A model generated the notes under the pieces. That model ran no database searches. It saw nothing but the letters and a program-made list of their open reading frames with translations, and was not told the DNA's origin. The position numbers and the translations under genes are program-made. Below are positions 1 through 6,140 of a stretch of DNA of 7,041 nucleotides, piece by piece (position 1 is the stretch's first letter; every line of letters begins with the position of its first letter). Location of the stretch: positions 1 to 7,041 of the forward strand of contig NW_021829039.1 of NCBI RefSeq assembly GCF_006345805.1, in the 5' to 3' direction. This stretch comes from Octopus sinensis. Lineage: Eukaryota.

Positions 1-22
1 TATGTATGCAAACACATATACA

Positions 23-158
23 TATGAAATGGAGAATCCTGTCTACTTTATAAATAAATAAATATATATATATACATATATATCTTAATGTACACGTTTA
101 CACACATATATATACATACATATAAACGCACATATATATATATAAACACACACACACT
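23..158 (+). repeat. Imperfect direct repeat, copy 1 (~135 bp; unique head plus degenerate TA/CA microsatellite)
   Basis: TATGAAATGGAGAATxxTGTCTACTTTATAAATAAATAAAT...TATATATCTTAAyGTACAC...ACGCACATATATATATA..AACACAC recurs at 387-530 (offset 364). Confidence 0.85.
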
Positions 159-386
159 CAAATATAGTGATTTTGCTTATCCGTAGTAATACTAATAACC
201 AATTGTTAAAACTCGGTATACGTATACTTTAGAATAAGGCTTTCGGCGGATACAGAGAATAATATTAATTATTAAATGACAAGGGAGTAGGAATTACGTA
301 ATTAACTTCAATAGCTTACAGCTGTTTCTGCTATAAAAACAGTGGACTCGGAGATGAGTGTACGTGCAGCATCTTATAGGTTCTTT

Positions 387-530
387 TATGAAATGGAGAA
401 TGTTGTCTACTTTATAAATAAATAAATGAATATATAAATATATATCTTAACGTACACACATACACACATATATATATACATGCATATACACGCACATATA
501 TATATAAACACACATACACACACACACACA
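387..530 (+). repeat. Imperfect direct repeat, copy 2
   Basis: Aligns by eye to 23-158, including the order of microsatellite interruptions. Confidence 0.85.
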
Positions 531-532
531 CC

Positions 533-569
<37 letters not shown>

Positions 570-580
570 ATATATATATA
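533..580. repeat. (TA)n microsatellite, left flank of PLE-derived element
   Basis: Direct reading; one phase interruption. Confidence 0.97.
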
Positions 581-609
581 GAAAAAAGCAACAAGAATGG
601 ATTAAAATC

Positions 610-693
610 TCGGTACGATCGTTTCGTACGAGGACATCTTTAATAAGCTACAAAAAATGCAGTGAATACAGATGGCTCGTACTCGTCAGCCGA
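610..693 (-). ncRNA. Type I hammerhead ribozyme, copy 1
   Basis: Minus strand reads UCGG-CUGACGA-GUACGAG-[43 nt]-CUCGUAC-GAAA-C-GAUC-GUA/CCGA. Stem I is UCGG:CCGA (extendable to 6 bp with a G-U pair), the CUGANGA and GAAA cores are canonical, stem II has 7 bp with G10.1:C11.1, and the GUA cleavage triplet cuts between 614 and 613. Confidence 0.9.
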
Positions 694-969
694 AAAAATA
701 TCAGAGAATTCCCAAACATTAAAAGGGGTAGATGCAAAAGAGGTTGTAAGATTAACTGCATTGAAGAAAGTTCGATTCATGGAGATCCGATGAAAGGTTT
801 TAGTAATCCTTCGTTTCGTATTCTTTCTATGTTTGATATCGAAGTGGTATGTTCTCCATCTAATCCTTCTAATGAAATCGTTTATCCTGTGAATGAGTAG
901 CCAATAATACTCATCTTTACTATGGAGGGGGATGTCTTTAGGGGAAAACTCGAAGTTTATTTTTTCCAT
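640..969 (-). pseudogene. PLE ORF N-terminal fragment (MEKINF..., 109 aa open; first ~54 aa precede the repeat)
   Basis: FSPKDIPLHSKDEYYWLLIHRINDFIRRIRWRTYHF resembles the YSxKNIPxPSKxxYxxxLIxKxExFIRRMRWKAxFF motif I recall from the N-terminus of Penelope-like RT/GIY-YIG ORFs. No RT or endonuclease domain is present here. Confidence 0.65.
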
Positions 970-1166
970 TCTTGCTGAAAAGTTAAGGACCGGAAAAAAC
1001 ATACAGATAGTATGGGAATATATTCGGTAAGTATTGAGATTCTAGTGAATTCTAAGAATTCACATGAATATGTCCTTACTAGATGCACCGATATCTATAT
1101 GGTTTAACCATAACGACAAGTGGGGTGATTATAAATAGGAAAAAGCAACAAGAATGGATTAAAATC

Positions 1167-1250
1167 TCGGTACGATCGTTTCGTACGAGGACATCTTTAA
1201 TAAGCTACAAAAAATGCAGTGAATACAGATGGCTCGTACTCGTCAGCCGA
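1167..1250 (-). ncRNA. Type I hammerhead ribozyme, copy 2
   Basis: Identical 84-nt sequence to 610-693 (offset 557); predicted cleavage between 1171 and 1170. Confidence 0.9.
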
Positions 1251-1369
1251 AAAATATCAGAGAATTCCCAAACATCAAAAGGGGTAGATACAAAAGAGGT
1301 TGTAAGATTAACTGCATTGAAGAAAGTTCGATTCATGGAGATCCGATGAAAGGTTTTAGTAATCAACCG

Positions 1370-1395
1370 TATATATAATATATATATATATATAT
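1370..1395. repeat. (TA)n microsatellite between the PLE element and the RTE 3' end
   Basis: Direct reading. Confidence 0.95.
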
Positions 1396-1606
1396 TCGTT
1401 GTACGATGAGAAAAAAGTCTATGTTCTCAGCGATGACAGTGATTGTGGCTCTAGAGTCCAAAGCTGGAGGCACACAGGCGCACACTGATGTCACACTTCC
1501 TCGTCACTGTTGACTTGACAGAGGCGGATGTTGCCCTATGGCATCTTTCTCTTCCAGCATCGATATGCTGTCGCTGGACCTCTTCGAAGGTAGTTGCTGC
1601 TCGTGT
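1396..1606 (-). mobile_element. RTE-clade LINE, extreme 3' end (ORF C-terminus with degenerate zinc finger plus short 3' UTR)
   Basis: Minus strand TRAATTFEEVQRQHIDAGRERCHRATSA...CDISVRLCASSFGL*SHNHCHR* matches the RTE C-terminal FEE..R...C..C.R.C.S..GL.SH...H pattern. There is a premature stop at 1451-1453 and a likely original stop at 1427-1429. Confidence 0.8.
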
Positions 1607-1974
1607 TACTGTTGCTGTTGAGCGTAGCGGTCTTCGTTCCCGGTGGGAGAAGTCCGAAACGTGGTCCTTTGCTATTCGTAAGACCCGCAGAAGAGAAAGC
1701 AGGTCAATCCCCGACACGGAGAGCATCGACGGATGGATGAATGCGCATCCAGGCTCAGCGGTTGCGTAGGAAGTCGAGGACAAGAAACAGGACGAAAGAG
1801 TGAGAGGAAGTTGGAGCGAAAGAGTACAACAGGGGTCGCCACCACCCCCTGCCGGAACCTCGTGGAAGCTTTAGGTGTTTTCGCTCAATAAACACACACA
1901 ACGCCCGGTCTGGGAAACCGCGATCCTCCGACCGCGAGTCCGCTGCCCTAACCATTGAGCCATTGCGCCTCCAC
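1607..1974 (-). mobile_element. tRNA-derived SINE inserted in the RTE LINE
   Basis: The 5' end GGAGGCGCAATGGCTCAATGG has an A-box-like motif (1962-1952), while the B-box position is damaged (GGTTTCCC). There is a short AACAGC/AACAGT tail, and the element is flanked by a 12-bp TSD at 1595-1606 and 1975-1986 (1 mismatch). Confidence 0.85.
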
Positions 1975-2301
1975 TGCTGCTCATGTAGTGAGAGACCGCC
2001 ACCTTGATCTGTCAGCAACAGAGGCTTCGAGTTCGTGTGGACTAATGCCGCTCCACTTGAGGTTACTTTTCAGAGTATTTTTGTACCTCAGTTTAGGCGT
2101 TCCTCGTTTGTGTGAGCCCTGCATGAATTCGCCGTACAACAGATGTCTGAATACACGGTGATCAGTCATTCTGATGTCATGGCTAGTCCAGCGTAACTGT
2201 GCCTTCAACAATATTGACTCAATGTTTGTTGAACATGCCCTTTCCAGCTCTTATTCGTTTGTCACACTGTCCTGCCAGTGAATGCCCATGGTTCTGCGCA
2301 T
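1975..2301 (-). mobile_element. RTE-clade LINE, post-RT region (5'-truncated, pseudogenised)
   Basis: Minus strand MRRTMGIHWQDSVTNE*ELERACSTNIESILLKAQLRWTSHDIRMTDHRVFRHLLYGE...GTPKLRYKNTLKSNLK...DRSRWRSLTT follows the classic RTE/BovB W.D..TN..VL.RA / QLRW.GH..RM...R.PK..LYGE / DR..WR motifs. Confidence 0.9.
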
Positions 2302-2387
2302 AGATATAGTGCCAGGCTAAATCTATATAATAATCTGCTTGTTTGTTCGCTTGTTACACTTTAAACAGAGAGAGGGGTGGAGTAAAC

Positions 2388-2389
<2 letters not shown>

Positions 2390-2422
<33 letters not shown>
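2390..2422. repeat. (GA)n microsatellite within a purine-rich tract (~2365-2690)
   Basis: Direct reading. Confidence 0.95.
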
Positions 2423-2423
<1 letters not shown>

Positions 2424-3119
2424 AATGGGAATAGAGAAGAAAAAAGAAAGGAGTATATCAATACAGTAAAGCGAAATGGATCACGTGGTTAGGTGAAGGA
2501 TGAGGTGAAGAGCGAGTGAAAAAGACGGTGCAAGAAAAGTGGGAGAAAGAAGTGTTAATGACGGGAGGGAAAGATGAAGGGGAAGAGAGAAATGTTAAAG
2601 ATATGAAGAGGGAAATTACATAGTTAAAAAGTTTGAGGAAGAGGTAGAGAGAAATAGAGAAACTGAAAGTGATTAGCAGAGGGGAATTTTCAAAATCATA
2701 TAATTAATTATTGTGACTGGAAGTGAAATAACTTAGCAAAATATAAAATAAAAATCATCTTTTCTTTCTTAGATAACTTTTCGTAATCTTTTTCGTTCCG
2801 TGGAATTTCTACAGCGCCCCCACGAGTACAACTATAATCATGATACAAAATATAGAAATAAAGAAATGAACCACAAAAATGGGTCTTGTTGACTATTAAT
2901 TATAACTCTATCTTCATGGTCAGAGTAAAGGAAGAAAGAACTTAACAGAATGAAGAATATGATAAAGCATTTTGAGATAATAAAGTGATAAAGTGATGAA
3001 GACTGACCATTTCAGTATCAAGTGGTTCTTTGTTTCTGTGAAGGATCTAAATGAATTAATATTATATTTTAATTAACTTTACCTTATTGTATTATCTATT
3101 TTTTAAAAATAAACAGTAG

Positions 3120-3492
3120 CCACATGGTTCAGTCCCACTGCGTGGCATCTTGGGCAAGTGTCTTCTGCTATAGCCCCGGGCCGACCAATGCCTTGTGAGT
3201 GGATTTGGTAGACGGAAACTGAAAGATGCCTGTAGTATATATGTATATATATATGTGTCTGTGTGTGCGTTTGTGTGCGTGTGTTTGTCCCCCTAGCATT
3301 GCTTGACAACCGATGCTGGTGTGTTTACGTCCCCGTAACTTAGTGGTTCGGCAAAAGAGACCGATAGAATAAGTACTGGGCTTACAAAGAATAAGTCCCG
3401 GGGTCGATTTGCTCGACTAAAGGCGGTGCTCCAGCATGGCCGCAGTCAAATGACTGAAACAAGTAAAAGAGTAAAAGAGAGAGTAAAGAGTA
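3120..3492 (+). mobile_element. tRNA-derived SINE, 5'-truncated, with internal TA/TG microsatellite and (AAAGAGT)-like tail
   Basis: The head is homologous to 3493-3652 and 3657-3791 (CACATGGTTC...CTTGGGyAAGTGTCTT...GACCAAwGCCTTGTGAGTGGATTTGGTAGAyGGAAACTGAAAGA). B-box-like GGTTCAGTCCC is present, and it resembles an abundant octopus SINE from recall. Confidence 0.85.
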
Positions 3493-3652
3493 AGGTGTGG
3501 CAGTGTGGTAAGAAGCTTGCTTGCCAACCACATGGTTCTGGGTTCAGTTCCACTGCCTAGTACCTTGGGTAAGTGTCTTCTAGTATAGTCTCAGGCTGAC
3601 CAAAGCCTTGTGAATGGATTTGGTAGATGGAAACTGAAAGAAGCCCGTCCGT
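3493..3652 (+). mobile_element. SINE head, same family (3'-truncated)
   Basis: A-box-like TGGCAGTGTGG (3498-3508) and B-box-like GGTTCAGTTCC; aligns to neighbouring copies. Confidence 0.85.
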
Positions 3653-3656
3653 TATA

Positions 3657-3791
3657 GGTGCAGGCGTGGCTGTGTGGTCAGAAGTTTGTTTCCCATTCAC
3701 ATGATTCTGAGTTCAGTCCCATTGCATGGCACCTTGGGTAAGTGTCTTTTAGTATAGCCTCGAGCTGACCAAAGCTTTGAGTGGATTTGGT
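3657..3791 (+). mobile_element. SINE head, same family (3'-truncated, more diverged)
   Basis: GGTGCAGGCGTGGCTGTGTGG...GAGTTCAGTCCC...GTGGATTTGGT aligns to the previous copies. Confidence 0.85.
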
Positions 3792-3863
3792 TTCTACTTC
3801 GCAGATTTTTCATCTATCGGGGGCGGGTGGAACGAAACACCCATGATTGTTGAGGGATTACTG
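3789..3863 (-). mobile_element. Possible single end of a pogo/Tigger-like DNA transposon
   Basis: Minus strand CAGTAATCCCTCAACAATCATGGG...GTTCC...CCCCCGATAGATGAAAAATCTGCGAAGTAGAAAC resembles pogo-type termini (CAGT...) from recall. No partner TIR is seen, and the expected TA reads TG. Confidence 0.4.

Positions 3864-3865
<2 letters not shown>

Positions 3866-3894
<29 letters not shown>
3866..3894. repeat. (TG)n microsatellite
   Basis: Direct reading. Confidence 0.97.
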
Positions 3895-3897
<3 letters not shown>

Positions 3898-4052
3898 AAA
3901 ACATACATGTGCGCAAATATAAAATATACACTCTACTTTGTATGTGGGTTAGACTTTCAACCTATCATATATTAATATTGATATAAACAGTAAAATTACT
4001 AAGAATATTTATAAGAAGCACATACTTGTATATACAAATAGATGTGTGTGTA

Positions 4053-4683
4053 CTGGGTCGAGTCATAAATAATTACCGTTTTTTTTGGAAGTAAATTGTA
4101 ACGACGCATTTCTAACCTCAGCTGTTTAAAATTCAAATGGAAACCACCGTTTTTTGAAGAGCCTCATCTGCCATTTATATTTAAGCAGTGAAAGCGTGCA
4201 CTCATATTTTAATATTAAATTCCGCTCCCCGAAAATAGATGAAGTGAAAGTGCATATTCGATATGTGATGTTGTGGGAGTTTAAGAAGGGATAAAAAATT
4301 AAAAAAACGTTACGGAAACAGCTAAGAAAATATGTAGTATTTGTGGCCAAGGTGTCATTACTGACCGACAAGTGTGAAGTTGGTTTTCTAAGCTTCGTTC
4401 CGGAGATTTGTCATTGAGAAATCAACTCAAACCAAGACTCTCATTGGACTTCGATCAAAATGCTTTCAGAGAATTAGCAATAGATCTCAGTACATCTCAA
4501 TCCACGTTTGCTGCCACTTGGAAAAGATAGGAAAAGATAGGGTGTTTGGGTTCCTCATACTCTTAATGAAAAGAATAGGGTGGGTCGCATGTCCATAGCG
4601 ACAATTCTTCTTTCAGGGCAGGGAATTGTCTCGTTTCTCAATAATATCATTACAGATGATGAAAATGGGTCTTTTATGATAAT
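4053..4683 (+). mobile_element. Mariner DNA transposon, 5' part (left TIR plus degenerate transposase N-terminal half)
   Basis: TA at 4051-4052 precedes a TIR-like CTGGGTCGAGTCATAAATAATTACCG. The frames give DEVKVHIRYVMLWEFKKG*, TETAKKIC...SWFSKLRSGD, GVWVPHTLNEK (WVPHEL motif, 4547-4564) and FLNNIITDDE/KWVFYDN (first catalytic D at 4658-4660). Confidence 0.93.
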
Positions 4684-4744
4684 ACAGTTCTATATTTAAG
4701 ATATGAGGAATTATTTACATTATTTACTGAATAATAATAATAAT

Positions 4745-5071
4745 AGCCATGTGTTGAGAGGGATTCTTTAGGGTTTGAATAATTCTCCTCTGGAAACATA
4801 GGTGTTTCGTTCAACATCCTTAAACAACCCTTATTCAGCGACCTTTTGAGCGGGATGGGTTACTCAACCAGAAGAAAATTCAAACTGTGCCCCACCTGCA
4901 AGGTCATGTGCCGTTTATCTTGATATGAGATCACCATGTCGCGCACATATGGTTGTGATGCATTTGCCTAGTGTACCCTTATCAGACAGTTAGTCATGAT
5001 CGGTATATTGGGCTTCGTATATTTTACCCCAGTGTCACTTTGATGGCATACACTGCTCTCTCACTCAATAA
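4745..5071 (+). mobile_element. 5'-truncated non-LTR retrotransposon 3' end, tentatively R4/Dong clade, inserted in (AAT)n
   Basis: Begins AGC CAT GTG TTG AGA GGG ATT CTT TAG (SHVLRGIL*, like the R4/Dong terminal GTAHILRKxL*), followed by ~300 bp of UTR ending CTCACTC-(AAT)n. (AAT)n lies on both sides, and the last 79 bp recur inverted at 6196-6274. Confidence 0.55.
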
Positions 5072-5082
5072 TGATGATGATG

Positions 5083-5119
<37 letters not shown>

Positions 5120-5140
5120 CAACAACAACAACAACAACAT
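5068..5140. repeat. Compound (ATG)/(AAT)n/(AAC)n microsatellite
   Basis: Direct reading. Confidence 0.95.
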
Positions 5141-5186
5141 CGAAAAATAGCCTAGGAATGAGAACCCTGGTTCAAAATTTCCCCAA

Positions 5187-5232
5187 GACACCTGATGAAG
5201 GCTGGAGGGTATATCAGCGGAAACGTTGTGTT
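5187..5232 (+). ncRNA. Minimal type I hammerhead ribozyme, likely impaired
   Basis: GACAC-CUGAUGA-A-GGCUGG-[loop]-UCAGCG-GAAA-CG-UU/GUGUU. Stem I is GACAC:GUGUU, stem III is the palindromic ACGU, and the GUU triplet cuts after 5227. The closing stem II pair is G5200:G5219, a mismatch. Confidence 0.7.
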
Positions 5233-5287
5233 AACAACGAACAAGATGAGGACAAATATCCGTCAAATGTAAATAGTGTAAATAATG

Positions 5288-5722
5288 TTTTATGACAATG
5301 TTCAACGCAAAAGGCAGTGGATTGACAAGGATAAATCTCCTCAACTTATCTCAAAGGCTGAGCTCCACGGAAGGAAGGTTATGTTGTGTATCTGATAAAA
5401 TCACCGCCGTATTAATCGTTTTGAGTTTTTAAAGCGCAATCAAACACTAAATGCCGACCTATACTCTCAAAAGCTGAAACGTATGCATGAAAATCTTTTC
5501 AGAAAAATACCCGGCGCTCATCAATAGTAGAGACGTGGTGCTTTTCATTGATAATGCAAGATCACGTTCAGAAAGAATCACGCAGGATAAAATATTAGAT
5601 TTGCGCTGGTCTGTTCTACCCCCATTCACTATATTCGCTTGCACCAACTGATTTCCATCTTTCTTGCTCGCTACAAAATGCTCTGAGGAAAAAAAATTTT
5701 CATGAAGTTCAGGTGAAGACTT
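5288..5722 (+). mobile_element. Mariner transposase, C-terminal catalytic half (pseudogenised, right TIR missing)
   Basis: FYDNVQRKRQWIDKD...AELHGRKVMLCI**NHR...NADLYSQKL, then after a frameshift PALIN...FIDNARS (D 5550-5552)...LRWSVL/PHSLYSLAPTDFHL (D 5650-5652). Spacing is 32 residues plus the missing PD of YSPDLAP, consistent with DD34D. Confidence 0.93.
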
Positions 5723-6140
5723 AATCCGTTTGTCTGTCCTTGTTTGTCCCCTCTGTGTTTAGCCCCTTGTGGGTAGTAAAGAAACCGGTATTTCTTTTGC
5801 CGTTACGTTCAGAGTTCAAATTCCGCTGAGGTCGACTTTGCCTTTAATCCTTTCGGGGTCGATGAATTAAGTACCGGGTACGCACTAGGGTCGATGTAAT
5901 CGACTTCTCAATCCCTTTGTCTCTCCTTCTTTGTTCCCTCTATATTTAGCCCCTTGTGGGCAATAATGAAATAAGAATCGCTAGTTCGCCTCAAAGTTCT
6001 GAGTTCAAATTCCACCGAGGTCAAATTTGCCTTTCATCACTTTTGGGGTCAATAAGTACCACTTGAATACTGCGGCCGATGGAACCGACTTACATACTTC
6101 CCCGATCTTGTGTCCTATGTGCCAAAATTTAAAACCATTA
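5718..6140 (+). mobile_element. Head-to-tail array of three partial copies of a second tRNA-SINE family (~188-bp period)
   Basis: B-box GAGTTCAAATTCC occurs at 5812 and 6001, and TTTAGCCCCTTGTGGG at ~5758 and ~5945. The shared GAGGTCrAmTTTGCCTTT...GGGGTC...AAGTACC segment also repeats. Confidence 0.85.

Larger units (their letters stand above)
581..1364 (-). mobile_element. Penelope-like (PLE)-derived, probably non-autonomous element with 228-bp terminal direct repeats (pLTR-like) carrying hammerhead ribozymes
   Basis: 581-808 and 1138-1364 match except for 3 substitutions (582, 720, 734) and a 1-bp indel in an A-run. The interior encodes a PLE-like N-terminus, each repeat has a hammerhead core, and both sides are (TA)n. 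Confidence 0.75.
4684..5287 (+). mobile_element. PLE-type insertion (inverted tail-bearing 5' arm, AAT/AAC tract, hammerhead-containing 3' arm) splitting the mariner
   Basis: Flanked by TTTTATGAyAAT at 4672-4683 and 5288-5299. Bases 4710-4727 are the reverse complement of 5269-5286 (17/18), with an extra 26 bp (4684-4709) on the left arm only. Confidence 0.7.

Noticed and set aside
216-303. 12-bp palindromes GTATACGTATAC (216-227) and AATTACGTAATT (292-303)
   Set aside because: They are short and AT-rich with no supporting context, so chance is plausible.
412-594. ORF-track ORFs rich in IY/VC/TH/N/L/I/T runs (412-594, 3103-3309, 3777-3986, 5071-5295, 6555-6857, 6691-6903)
   Set aside because: They are translations of microsatellites and SINE sequence with no protein signal.
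1026-1032. Perfect plus-strand splice donor GGTAAGT
   Set aside because: It lies on the strand opposite the PLE ORF and ribozymes, and there is no associated exon.
1083-1349. 88-aa plus-strand ORF
   Set aside because: It is antisense to the ribozyme repeat. The other repeat copy has an indel shifting the frame, and there is no recognisable motif.
581-1364. Interpretation as an LTR retrotransposon/TRIM or a CRISPR-like repeat
   Set aside because: There are no TG...CA termini, PBS or PPT, and only two long repeats. The hammerheads and ORF motif point to PLE or retrozyme, and the context is eukaryotic.
1488-2161. ORFs 1488-1769(+), 1755-2018(-), 1955-2161(+) and the first two-thirds of 1451-1783(-)
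   Set aside because: They are antisense to RTE or chance frames across the SINE. Only the RTE-frame parts are meaningful.
2365-2690. Strongly purine-skewed tract (possible triplex-forming DNA)
   Set aside because: It is best explained as a decayed (GA)n/GAA-type microsatellite, and no clear mirror repeat was found beyond (GA)n.
2773-2892. Possible terminal exon (pyrimidine tract plus AG at 2771-2772, 39 open codons ITFRNLF...NGSC*, downstream AATAAA)
   Set aside because: There is no recognisable homology, and such signals arise by chance in AT-rich DNA. RNA-seq would be needed.
3493-3791. tRNA genes at A/B-box motifs (also 1910-1974, 5812, 6001)
   Set aside because: No cloverleaf is evident, and each continues into SINE body sequence.
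4126-5647. ORFs 4126-4371(-) and 5459-5647(-)
   Set aside because: They are antisense shadows of the mariner transposase relic.
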